DNA of 64,000 nucleotides from Ascidiella aspersa (lineage: Eukaryota): NCBI GenBank assembly GCA_963924565.1, contig OZ004610.1, positions 8,246,001 through 8,310,000 on the forward strand, in the 5' to 3' direction. A program made the position numbers and the translations under genes. Below are positions 11,266 through 25,000 of this stretch, one piece after another (position 1 is the stretch's first letter; each line of letters starts with the position of its first letter). Below the pieces are notes generated by a model, which searched no databases, was not told the origin of the DNA, and was given only the letters and a program-made list of their open reading frames with translations.

Positions 11266-12934
11266 ATGGAGGAATTGTCCTGTCCAAGATGTCGAATGAC
11301 GAAATACAGAAACCCGGCCCTACAGTTGATGATAAATGCTTGTGGACACCCTCTTTGCAAATCCTGTGTCGACGTTATTTTTGTGAGAGAGTCTGCCCCG
11401 TGTCCTGAATGTGGCCGCTCACTACGCCGAGGCGGCTTCAGAACTCAGCTGTTTGAAGACACAAGTAAGGAATTCCAATATTAAAAGCGGTAATATTGTG
11501 CGATTTGGACTTTTGTATTGTTATTATATTAAGTGCCCTATATGGATGATCTGCAAATAAGCTAACTTTTGAAATTTTAATCAGCCTAGCTTTGTAAAAC
11601 GTTTTAAACATGTTTTTATTTTTAGCTTGTATTGTAATTTCTATAGCAAGTTAAAAAGTATGCTGTTAAACAACCTAATTTTTTCTTATATATATTTATT
11701 TTAAACTCCACTCTGGACCAATTGTTAAACTTCTATAAACTTGTTTTAATTAGACTTCAGTATTCAATATTCCAATATCCATGTACATCCAAGCAAAAAA
11801 CATAACTACCTGCTACCATTTTATTGAACAGGAGTTGACAAGGAAGTAGACATAAGGAAGATGGTTATGAAAATCTACAACAAACTTGAATCTGATTTCG
11901 GTACTCTGCGAGAATACAATGACTACCTGGAGGAGGTTGAAGAAATTATTTGGGACTTAGAAATGGGGAGGAACGAAAAAGAAACAAAAGAAAAAATGGC
12001 TGAATATAAGTGCGTTGTTCTGTGGGTCGCGATTAATTCAACAATCCTCAAAATTCACCATAATCAAAAAACAAAAAAATATTTAATAGTGTTTTGGCTT
12101 TATTTAGGTGTAGTCTACTTTGATAGCTTTTTTCTTGTCATTTTCTTGTCACAACCACAAACCGATATATATGACTATTTATAAGTATGCATGTCATTTA
12201 CCATGGAACGTGCGATAAAATAGCTTGTTTAATTTCTCAAACCTTCGATCCTGTAAACATCAATACAAATCCCATGAACTGTTTGCTTGAAAAAAAGCCG
12301 ATTTAATGATCGCCTATATATCGCTCATCAGATTGTTTTAATTCAATGTGTGTCATTTTCCAGGCAAAACAATGAGGCAGTCATCCGTCGCAACCAAGTT
12401 CGCTTCAACCAGGAGCGAGCGTTCTTTCGGGACTCCATGGCCCGCGAGGCCAAAGAGAAGCAAGTTCGCGCCCAAATGCAAACCAAGCTGGACAAAGAGG
12501 CGGCCGAGGCTCGTCGCAAAGTCGAAGAAGAATTCCTCCGCGATCTCAAGTCGAATTCGCACCTCACAGCAGAAGAACTACTGGAAAGAAGGCGCCAATT
12601 CGAAGCGGAACAGGACAGCAAGCTGCTGGAAGTAAAAACAGCCGATATCGACGCCTACGTACATTCCGACCCTATGGACTCGGAATCTACCGGTAGTGCT
12701 GTACAGCAGCCTACGCAGTTCGTTTACGAGGCTGCTACTGTCGATATTTCGGGCCCAGAACTTCCCGATTCCAGAGAGATTCGCGACAACGGTTACATGC
12801 GTAATATAAGGGAGGCCACGCTGCGCGACGTCGGCGGCGGCTACACCAGCCTTATGACGTGTCAAAGGGCCCTTTGTGACGCGTTCGGCGGCCTGTTCGC
12901 GACCCCGGAAAGCGCGGCAAACGGCGTTGTTTGA
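11266..12934 (+). CDS. MNAT1: CDK-activating kinase assembly factor MAT1 (TFIIH). Exons 11266-11464, 11832-12009, 12364-12934
   Basis: N-terminal [16 protein letters not shown]...[10 protein letters not shown]...CPEC, then [15 protein letters not shown]...IYNKLESDF...[15 protein letters not shown] and C-terminal GYMRNIR...[21 protein letters not shown]. Junctions are GT-AG and in phase. Confidence 0.95.
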
Positions 12935-15900
12935 TTTTTTGCGATTTGTTTTATATTGATTCTATAGTATTTATGAGATTAGACAGAAGATCGACTGGTA
13001 GCCCGATTGCATTCCAGTGCCTTCCCGCCCAAAATCTTTAGCGTGTGAAGTGCTTTTCCATAACCACGACAGTGGCGTCATTTTATGGAATGCAGTTAAG
13101 ACTAACAATACGAACTTTTAACGATAATCTCATCACTTTAAGCAAATAAAAGTCGATTTCTAATACCTAGGCAAGTGGTTTTTCGTAAAGTTGGCCAGGG
13201 TTTTTTCAGCTTAAACTTCGCGGCACACTTTCAATAAAAACATACAACTAACATACCGGTACCTTTTATTAAAACAATGATCCGATCTACATGCCAAGAC
13301 ATTAGTTAATACCATGATATGATAAGCTATATAATAATGCTGTGCATACAAACCTCACCTGCTTGCTAACATGTAAAATAAATAGGTAAGTTATTTAACA
13401 ATAAAAGAAATCCCGACAAATTTGAGTTGTGCGTTGCACTTCGTTTTTAAAAAACAGCAGGCACTTTTAGGTGTCATTCGATTAAATGTATATTAAAATT
13501 ACAACTTTTTTTTCAGTTCTGGGTTTGTAACCACACAAAAAAATAAAACCTGGAATGCACCTTATTACACGGGAATAAGGTTTTGGTTTTGCATTTTGTA
13601 TAACTGGAAAGTGTTACAGAAGTAGGCTACGGAATTTATAGGAAAACCCGCTTTATAAATCAAATAAAAAGTTTATGGTTTTATTCCACAAATAATCTAT
13701 ACAATACGGTCATGCATACTATAATAGGCCAAAGACTGATTTCGGGTCCATAAATTAACTGAAATCCGCCATTTGTGGTTTTCATTTCACGAAATACTGA
13801 GTTCCACTTATTTTTCAGTCGTAGAACAAAAGGTAGTACAATTGCCATTGTTGGTGTTTACTATTTATGTTGTAATACTTGATCAGTTGATCTGTGGTTT
13901 GTTGTTATTCTGTTTCAGTAAATCAGTAGGCCTATGTAACTTTACATTATTTTGGTAGTCCTATTTTTAAGCAGCCTCAGATAAGCAAGTAAATATTTCG
14001 CGGGTAATTACTAAGCGCCTAACATTGTTGCAGATTTAATTTTTTTGAGACAATTGTGTTTTTGTTCGACGTAATGCATCAGAAACAGTCTGTATGTCTA
14101 AAAAAACATTATTTCTGTTTAACCCAGTGAGCCATAGGCCTACATATATTTTGCGTGACAAAGCTAGTCGCGTTAAAAGAAAGACGGCTCTCTTGCATAT
14201 ATTTCAGTGTACCGTACTAACGTAAACAATTAAAAACTCACCAAATCTAGGCCGCTATTAAAATATATTAAGGCTTTCGCAACCCAAACTGAATGGTCCC
14301 GCGACCCAAGTTTGGGTTAAAGTTATGGTTTGAGTTTGAGTGTCCATTTATTTTTATTAGACATTGTTTGACTGAAGCTACACTTGATTCATAAATTGAA
14401 AAGTGTAATGGTGGCGTCATAAACACGACTGGTTCACTGCAGCAAAATCTGCGGTTGCTCTTGCTCCTTCTATACTGCTCAACTTATAGTTCATATTGCT
14501 TATTTCTTATGAAGCTTTTCTTTATCTCTACATTGTGATCCCCCAGACAACCCCTTTGGACCCCCATAGGGGTTACGTCCCCCAGGTTGGTGTCACAAAT
14601 TTAATTACTGCAGCCCTTTCGTGCTAAAATAATGCGTTTGGCCGCGGGAATCGCCGTGTGTATGGGCTACCCGCCGACTTGGTTCCCTTTGGAATAGAAC
14701 TTTCTGTGATTTTCGCAACCACAGTTTTTTAGCGCTGCGTGATTTCTACTGCGGTCGATTTCGTTTTTTATTGGGAGTGTTGGATCGCTATTCGTCGGGT
14801 GGATACTGAGAGAATCGGACACATTTTGAGAACGGTTTGCAATCTCGTGGTTAGAGACAAGCCTTATGCGAGCACTTGGTGTGCATTGGTGTTTGCCCTA
14901 TTGTCCTATAATACCGTCCAATAAACGTCTTGCTCAAGAACTGAAGTTCAATCCTTATCCTTAGCTGCTACTTTGGGGATTGTTTCCCGATCTAGTCTGC
15001 GACAGTTAGAAACCACTACTTTAGATGTTACTTTATGACGTAATCTCTGAAAAAAATTAACAGCCATCCCTGAACAAAAATTCTGGCTCCGCGGGGGAAA
15101 GAAATGGAGACTAAGCTAAAATTAGTGTTCAACGAAAGCTTGCGGAATACCATAGGGTTCGACAGGTTGGCAAAGGCTGAAAATCACTGGTCATTAAGGA
15201 AGCAGTATTAAAGGAAGCAACTGGTAGAAAGCCTAATCTTGTTTAAAATGCCACGATTTTTATTCTTGCCACGAAATAAAAGTGGTCTGTTGTTATGATG
15301 GGTTGGCGTCGCGATGTTAATATTATGGTTTTATAAGAGGTATTTTAACGTTATTTGATATTGAAGAAAGTTGAACAATCCAGTAATACAAAATACTTTA
15401 AATGCTTTTTTTGGCTATTTATTGCGCGTTGAAAGACTTAGTATTATCTACCATTCTTAAATTATTACAAAAGTTACTTAAGCGTCCGTGTAAAAGAACA
15501 ACTATTTAAAAAAAATATAGATGTAAAATTCACCTTTATTAGCGATGTAAGGCTAAAAATGCCAATACTAAAGCAAGCTACAATTGTAAGGCAGTAATAT
15601 TAGTTGTTAGTAGGCCAGGTCATGACACTCAAACAGTCGGGACAGTCCGCTCAGTTTTAAAAACTCTTTCGCTTTGGAATTTATTTAGCCAGCATCATTC
15701 CTAACTCCACTAATATTGTAATTTTAACAGGATGTTGATGGTATGTTTAACCAACTTGCTTTTATTATTATGTGCTGAAGTTATTATTGCAGGTAGCATA
15801 AATAATAATCGGCCCAGTAAGTATCGTCATATCCAATAGTTCATTAATGGTAGGTAAAGGGTGTCATTTTACAGCGTATGTTTAGAGAAGATATATATTT

Positions 15901-18900
15901 TTTTCAGCTGTATGTGTACCACATTTTATAATGCAATTTGGCTCAAAAACACAAATTTCTTGCTCTCCAAATATAAAATTCTCATTTCAGACATAAATTT
16001 AATTCGGTACAAATAAACTCTATGTATACAGTTGTGAATTTAATTGCACATTCCCTTTGAGATTTGCCGACTGGCAACAATACTATGAAATAGAGTTTTT
16101 TAACTTCATTGAATACCTATTTAAATAATCCTAGATTCGCTAACTATTTGAAACTATCCTAGTTAAAATTGAAAAGAATATGATATGTCTATTGTTAGGT
16201 AAAACACAAAAAAATGAAGGTCTTAATACAAGCATATCTTTCGTAAGCAACAGGAAACAAAATGAGACTGGCTTGAAAGGACAAAAGTTTCCAGAGCGCT
16301 AAGATAATAACCAAGGAAATTGGCAATGTTGCGCTCCAAATAGGCCTATTGTCTTGTATTGGCATTGTATTGAGTAAAAACGAACGCGACGTTTACTTTA
16401 CCCTAAATAACTGTTTAAGTGTCATGATTAGAAACAACAGTGGATGTTACTACACAGTTTTAAAGATCACTCTGTTTAGATTGTTATGTCTTGCAAAGTA
16501 AATTAAAAAATGTGAATTAAGGTTTTTTCTGTTAATCGAAGTACGATGAAATTGTGAAAATGTCACCAAGTTAAAGATGAGAGTTTACTATGCATGATAA
16601 TAACGTGTTGCTATCTTTTGCAATTCGAACAAGTTGTTTTTGTGTTCCCGACAGGGAAGTAAAAATGTAGCGGTTTGTATGCCGGGTCAATATTGACTTT
16701 TACCCACGTAAAGGCTGGTGAATGTTTAAGCTGCTCCCCGACTTGTTTACGCAAAGTTATATTGCCACATGTACAACAGTGGTGAGCTGTTAAAAAATGT
16801 CGTTTGCTTGGTGCGCGCGATAAGGGAAGTTGCGCAACTAAGCTAGCTTTGCTTTAGGAATCGATTTTGATCTGATATTATCGGACATCAGTCAGCTTTT
16901 GTGCAGCAAATACCAGTTTATCGAAAACTTATTAGTGTTTTGTCCGGCCGAATTTACGGTGAGTGGCAAAACGTTTTTATAAGGACACGTGGCGAGTCGC
17001 TCACAGAAACTGAACTTGCAATTCGACATGCTCAAACCACTGCTTAAACTTTAAATTGATTTAAATTGTTGTTAACTGCTTTATATCATATATTTAAAAA
17101 ACATGTGAAAGTGCGTGTATTCTAATCACTTTGCTGAAATGACTGCTTGACTCTATATCTACAAAAAATAAGAGCAATTGAACGCAATGTGTTCTGTGTG
17201 TGTCTAAATGTGGAACAATAGCTCTTAGTTTCGTAAAGATATGCGTTGTTAATATACGCCTCTGTTATAATAACTAATCCGATAGATTGTCCGAATTTTC
17301 GCTATCACGAACGAAATGCCCACAGTAAGGATTGTTAGCAGCCCATACCGCTTTAAAGCTATTGGCATCCTGTGTCCTTTGGCAGAGTGTTGGATTACAA
17401 ACTCCCCCGCCTTCCTTTCTCGAATGTTTAGGCTATTCCACAATACAGTTCCTTCTCAGATACATGGTTTCGTCTTCCTTTTGTTTCTGTAGTGTATGTG
17501 GTATGCTTAATTTATTTGTCCACACGCAGTGCTTGAACGCCTAGCTTAGAAAGTAACATAAGTAGAAGAGCCGTTTTTGTGTTTTTATACGGTCTAATGT
17601 TGCTCGTGTCTTTGTTAAAAATTAGGTTAAAATCGTTAATTTTTTTAATAGGTTTGTGTATAGTATGTGAGTTAGGCCACATTTTTTGCCGAGTAGAGCC
17701 TAGCTTAGGTAAAAAAGAACAAGTAGTCCGTGACGAATCGCAGATAAATGCTGATCTACCCGTGAAGGGTCTAGCCAACTTGTTAAATGAATCTGTAGAA
17801 ATGACTTGTATTGTCCGTTTTTTGACAGGTAGTATGATTTGCGCGGCTCCGGTTTTCGTCTTTCTTTAACGTTGCTTATAACAATAAGATTAAAACTAAT
17901 GAGATTTCTGGGAAATTTTATTTGTTGGCTTAAAATTATTTAACTGTTAGTGGGTGCCACTCAGCACTTTGTATTCGACCAGTTTATGTTGAGTATCAAT
18001 CATACCTGCTTGGTTCAAGATAACATCCTTCCTTCTTCCATTTGTCTTAAGCGTTGGTAAAAACGTTCCGGTAAAGCAGTGGCTCTCAACCTGTGACGCC
18101 TTTTTAGGTTAGCCTTTCAGGTGTATGGCGATGAGCTTACAGGCCAAAAGCTGAAGGAAATATACGGCAGTTGTAATATTGTTGAGGTTTTTTTAACTTA
18201 GTCTCTCTTTACCACAATAAATCGTCCATAACAATTAATCGTAAATCTGCGGTGAGCGCTGGGAGTGAAGTCTCATATTTTTTAAGGACTTCTATCAGTC
18301 ATTAGTAAATTTCATCGAAAGGATTTCTTTTGGTTTGGTAAAGTTAGGTTTAATTTAGGTTTTAATTTGGGAAAAACATAATTTTGCATTGCAACACGCA
18401 CAAGACCAAAACAATATTTTTTCGTAGCGCGAATTGTACAATTCCAAAGTACCAAGTTTAAATCATTTACGAAACATGGCGAAGAGTAGAAACACATTCG
18501 CACTTGTTTAACCTAGTTTTTGCCTGTGTGTTGCGCATGATTAAACACAGCTCCTTTACGCCAGCATGCCCTCTCAAGCCATTCAAGTCTAAGTTTTCAA
18601 TTATAAATGCCTTAAACAGGAGACTTTTGTTAAAGCTAGAACTTTCAGCTAAACGACCTTTGGTTCGACGTTCAACCCACCTGCTGTTTTTGGCGTGAGA
18701 AGACGCATTTTGTTTAGGCCCGCTTAAGGAAGAGGCTAAGCTAACATTGCTCTGGTAAATGTATAACTCTGATGGCGCGCCATCCTATTGTTCGACTTGC
18801 ACGCGGAACGCATAATTCAGTTCAGTCAAGACGCGGCGACAGAATACAAGAAAAATACTTAACCGTGACCGCTGCAAATCTAGTCAGCGAACTCTTTGGC

Positions 18901-19030
18901 TGGTAGAAATGTGAGCGGGCGTTCGAGTATTGAACAAAATAAAGCCAGGGAGGTATGTTGTGTGTAAGGTTTTTGCGTTTTGCGAAAGTGTCTTGCATTT
19001 TTTTTGCTTTAATAAATATAGCAAAACGGG

Positions 19031-22000
19031 ATGTTTAAAAACCAGCTGGTACGCAGGGTAAGTAAAAAGTCACTATAGTTGTTACACGGCCAGAAAAAGT
19101 TAAAAGCCCGGTTTTAGAATTGCAACTAAATAAAAGCTACAGTCCGCTGCTCGTTTTAAATCATTTTAACATTTCCAAGCGTTTATTTCGACTATTTTAA
19201 GCGGAGAGCTTCGTTGTGTTGCGATAGCACTCTAAACGGCTTGGAGTTTCCTTAATTAGGCCTGAATTTCCTGCCAGAAAATAAGTATAAATGCTGTGGC
19301 GACTGGGAAATTTAACTGTGTATTAGCTCTGTTGGGAAGTTAACTAGCGTAAAAACTGAATTTTACTGTTTTCTGTTTTGAGTTGGGTTACCATGCAAAC
19401 TTCACGTTGGATTTAAAAGTAAGATCAATGTTTTCTGCGTTGTTAGCTGTAACCTCTTCGGCAGATATATTTGCGGACCGGTTCTCTTTAATAGAACGTA
19501 GCACATATACCTTGTTACGTAGCTGCTATTGAATGATTAATAAATACATTACGAAATACCAGTAATGATTTATTATGCACGTTGACAACGGAAAGGCATA
19601 TCGTCTTACATGCAAGCCCTATTGTAAAATACTGCAATTTTTCCTCTTTGTGTCAGGGCTTTGTCTTTGCTTAAATAACTTTCGCCGAAGTTTAAATAAA
19701 GTGCTGCTTTTTACCATTAGGATGAGGCAAACATTGTGCATTGTGCGTGGGCGCAAGCGGAACTTTTCCGGGTATTCCTGCTAGGGTATTTCCCAAAGGG
19801 ACTGTGCTGAAAGATAAGTAAACAGCTTCGTCCGGTTAGGTTTGATAAATGTTGGTTTACCTGCGTTGCAAATTGCCATACGAGTTAGTCGGAAATAAGT
19901 TCGATTGGAAGTTTGGTGAATTTAATATGATTGCCAATCTTAACTTTTACTGCCTTAGCGTGTAAACGGCAGATGTTCCTGTTTAAAACTGTGCCATGCA
20001 GCTGAAGAATAGGCGCAACATATTTGAGGCATTTCCTAGAAATTCGTTTAACATTTCAACGTATGTTTTTATTAGAAAGGTCATCTATCACGATTGTGTT
20101 TTGGTACAATGCTAAAGTCAGTAGTGCTTCCAGTAGTGCTTACACCGAAAACGCTAAAACTGGCATAATGGAGAGGTAGTACAGACTACTGTGAGGAATT
20201 GCGACTTTTCCGAGATATACGTTTTATTGAACAGTACCCATTTTTACAGCCAGCAGAACATTGCTTAAATTATTACTTTATAAACTTTGTCGCTGGCGTG
20301 CATATACTTAAACTAAAAGTAAATAGGCACACACCAAGCCAGGGGCAACCTTTTTCTAGTCGCGGGCCAAAACCAAACTCAGAAAGGTCTCCGCGGGCCG
20401 CACAAAATGATAACTAAGAATTGTGTTATTTTCATGTTAGAACAACTGTGAATCAGCCGGGCCTCGCGGATCGTTTTTGCCCTTAAAATGTATTTAATTA
20501 CGTTTACGGAGGTCGTCATCCATACTTCTAATAAAAGTGTAATAAAATAATTTTAGGAAACGCGATAACAAGTTAATCTAGGTCGGTGTTTGTTAGTTTT
20601 GAAGTCAAGACCCACCTGGCGAGCGAAGCGAGTGCGATTTTTGTAGGGTATTCTGGCATTTCTTGCAAGTTTTTATTACATTGCCGAAAATAAAAAAGAA
20701 TGTTAACAAATATATCTCCAACATTTTAAATACGTTTTCCGTGACGCACTTAGCGGCCTTCCACGGCGCAACGGTAAAAAAGCGTTGATCTTGGTGAAAA
20801 CACAGCAGCAAAACGTAAACAAACAGGACGTAGAGAGGTGGTTCGCGCGAAGCGCGAAAATTTTTTGCACTTACGTAGTTAAAATAGTGAATAAGTATGT
20901 GAAATCGACTCGTGTGTTGTATGTTGCATGTAGAAAATCACAAGCAATTGTATATTTCTAAAAACGGACATTTTTCGACAACTCTGATTTAGTTTTTTTC
21001 GAAAAAATGGTAAAAATATCGGTGGGATTGCGATTGCTACACAAAACTGTGTCCGCAGGCTGGCGATCAAAATAAGATATCATTGCTTCTGTTTTTCCAA
21101 AAGACGCAAACAAAACAATGTTAGCAGTTCCACGCAAACATGTTTCCAAAGAGTGAGGCGTTACTTGGCTTTTTTGATTCCTTTGTTAGGAGCCTTGCTC
21201 CTAAGTAACGTGACACACTCCATTATACTAACGTTCTTTGTCCGCGTATCAGGTTCTCCACGCTCCTGAATTGCTATCGCCGTTGGTAAGAGCAAACTGC
21301 AACAAGATATATCCCGAAAATAAATTTTCGGCCCATATAAATAGCAGTGTTGCACTGACTTAAGTCAACGACTTGACTTAAGGACTTGATTTAAGTGCTT
21401 AAGTCATTGTTTTCAAATGGAAAGCCTTGGACTTAAGTCTTTGAGTCATTAAGGTTTTTATTTACAATTTTATCATAAAATTGAGCTATTTGCGTATGTT
21501 TTGCACATAAAACGATTAGAATGCAGGATTTTGTTTTTTTTGTAATTTTGTTGTTGAATTTTTGCTTATAATCGGACGAGTTTACCTATTTAAAGGTTTA
21601 TCGCTTTATTTTTATATTAGTGGTCATAACATAGCCCTTTTAAGAAATTTTAAGGAATATTATCAATTAACCGTTGTGTGAATTATGAGAATTGTCAATC
21701 TGTAAGCTTTATTCGTCAACAATGACATTTGATTGGAAATGTGTTTGTGCTGTTAAACCAAAAGTGGCCTCAAGGTGTCAACTAGTTTAGTAAATGCTTA
21801 AGTGGTCATGTTTTACCTTATATTTCTATGTATTTATTTGTATACTAAAGGTAATTCATAGTGTTTGTGGGTTAGGCAAGGTCGCAGTTACGGTGTATCC
21901 CAGTTATAAGGTCCTTTGTTTTAATCAAGGTTTATCTTGAAACTTAAATTAGCCTATAAAGTGGTTCACAACCATTAAAATGTGACCAACAGATTTTTCT

Positions 22001-25000
22001 CTTTTTGAAGCAATTGCAAAACGCAAGCCATTATTTGGCAACTATAGCCTAACTTACCGTCCATATAACGAATATTTTAGTTGATATCAGCAAATTTGTT
22101 GTACTATCTATAATACTATGGTGCTGTGATAGCACCGCTAGTGTCGCAAGTGTGGGATTTTACTACTACCGTACAATGATTAATTACAAGAACATGAATG
22201 TTTAAAGCTTGAGTTTTATTACGCTTACATGCACACGGCAGGTTATGCGTGCAACGAATCAGGCACGATACGATACGTTGGTAGATATGTGGTTTTCATC
22301 GGAACTGGAAGGGCCTACCTAGTTTGCATACTTACGCTTAATTTAAAGATTTCTCCAATGTGGAAATATAACTGATATTCAAATGTTAAAACGAAAATTA
22401 AGGAACGCGACAGTTATGGTGTTGCGATTTACGATAATGCCTTTGTTAACACAGCGATTATCCTTGGTGTGGTAGACATAGAGCACAAATTGCGAAATCT
22501 TTTTTAGCATTTACGTCATTGCAACTACCCACTCTATTTGTGTTACCAATATTATTTTTACAAAAACACAAATATACACCGAAGCCTGTTTTGCGCCAAC
22601 GTTTCCCCGAACTGACTGGTCCAGCCTCTTAGCTTTTCCTCACTGTACTGTACGCACAAACGCGGAAGTGTGATGTAACAAACGGTAATTGTTTTATACA
22701 GGTCGCTCGTGTTGTAAGGCTGACAAAAGCTGAATTGTTTGTGTGTGCATGTGTGACCAATGCAAGGATAACGTGTGGAGAAAGAGTAAAAACAGCTGGA
22801 GCAATGAAGGAAGACTACGTGGCCCTAGCATTCTCAAAATGCATTGGCCGGGCGCTACCCTGTTATAGCAGGAAAGGCAATGTTTTGATGGTCCCCATCC
22901 GATTTATACAAAATGTGAGTACTATTGCTAATTGTGTATATTTACTTTTGTTTTTGTTTCGCAATTCTTACCGTGGCCTAATTTACTTTAAAATACGTTT
23001 GTCCAATAGGAATATTTGTGCTTTATCCAAATGTTAATTATTTGTTTTTAAAACAATTTAAGTCTGCACTGGTTTACAAGATAAGTGACAATTTTGTAGT
23101 AAAGTATATTTTTATTTTGTGTTGGACATGTAGTTCAGTTGTATTTGTATTTTGGCAGTTACGGTAATTTAACGGAGGCGAAACTTATAATAATTGTCCT
23201 ATACACTCGGTAACTTGAAAAGCATGTACAAAAGTACCAATGGTAATGTTCATATTACGTCGATAATAAATACCTAGCTGTAAAACTCTGTAAAAATTAG
23301 ATTAATATTAATAACTTTATCCGCATGCAACAAAAATAACTCCTTTGTTTAGAAACTTTAGCACGAAACTGTTGCTATTGTTGCCCATCGTGCATTCCAA
23401 ATCAAGCAGTTTCGTTTACTTGGTTAACTATCCGCTTACCAAACTTGGCGAAAACAGTACGTTTAAAGTTGTCAGCCACAGTCCTCAGTTAAACTTACAG
23501 CTATAAGGTAACTTTACAGCTAGGCTTCACAAGTGTAAGCTAAACTGTAGCTGTATGAATACTAGTAGAGCAACAGCGTTCCGCCTAACGTAACCGTTTT
23601 TATAAAGATAGCTTTCAACTGAAGTCGTGCGGAACTATGCTCTCACCAACAACGCACATACACACGCGCGCGTTTGTGCACGCTTGACTACACGCACTCG
23701 CGCTTAGCGTATGCCGTTTACACTGGCATCGATAGGCCTTCCACACACACCGAACAACTATAGGATTTCGGGTTCTTTTTAGTTCGTGTGATTACAGTAT
23801 GCACAGGTAGAGAGGAGGCACCAAACCAGTCTTGGTACAATACAGTGGGTGGTATGACGCGTTTGCAAAACGTTGAATGGTCGACTGGTTTTGCGAAGGT
23901 TCTGGTTACATGTTGAAAAAAAGCAGTTTAAGATTCGACGAGCGCCACTCGAACGCTTAAGGCACAAGTCTTTGATCGTGCAGTGTTTGCCGTTGTAACG
24001 TAGTATGTCCTGTTAAGCGACTGGACTAAGAAATAACAAAACTACAGATTGACAAAATTGGGATCATAGCATGTTTTGTTATTTTACAAGAGCAATAACC
24101 GGTAGACTACTGTCGGAGATAAAGTGAATTGTTTAATGAAAACTTACACAAATTGGTTTAAGAACGCATACACGTTTATATTTAGCTGTTATTGCTTATG
24201 GCGTCTAAATTTCCTAATCGTTCTAATGAATCCGCTTGGAAACATTAACCTTTACATTTGAGCTTAAATGTGTTGCCGCAGGGCATTTGTAGACAAGAGA
24301 CCCATTATAATGGCTGTGGCATGACGCACAAAGCGATTGGCAAGACAGGCATTATGACGTAATACAATGCAACGCGATAACGCCAGCTTGAAGATCATGT
24401 GATCACTGATCGCGACCAAGCGAAACCTCGTCTCCCGCGTATTTGCACTCGTTCGACTGAGTACATCCGTGTATTGTTAATGGCTTACTAGTGCTGGCCG
24501 ACTCGCTTGCTTAACAATAGAAGGAGGAAATTGCTCATGCCGTTTAGCGCCAAAATATTGTAAAGCGCGGTTAGATAAGACAGCTGTGCTGCTGCGTTGT
24601 TTGGCAACAACATGTTGATCGATATTGACCAAAGTGCCAATCGAACAGCTTCTAATTTAATGTTTACCCAGACTCTGTTATTGCAAGTAACATTGGAATT
24701 AACAACATTTTGAAGTATACATTACTAGAATTTTGATGCAATAGTTTTAGCTTCATATAGCAGTTAAGGAATTCTGTTGGAAGTCGTTATGATTTGGTAA
24801 TCGTAAATTCGTAATATTTCCACCAAGCAGTCGACACTTCGGGATGTAGTGATGGAGTTTAATGGTGCTTTTCGTTTAAATGTACACGTACTTACTAAAG
24901 CTTTTAAAAAAATTTATTGTACAAATTGTAGTTCTTATTTGTTTAAAGTTTGCACACTATTAGACAAACCACATTTCAATCTAAGTTATGCGTTAATAAA

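Noticed and set aside
20340-21340. CpG-rich fragments (CAGGGGCAACC...GGGCCGC; GCGCGAAGCGCG) as a gene or autonomous transposon
   Set aside because: They look like decayed DNA-transposon ends; no transposase ORF, paired TIR or TSD could be established.
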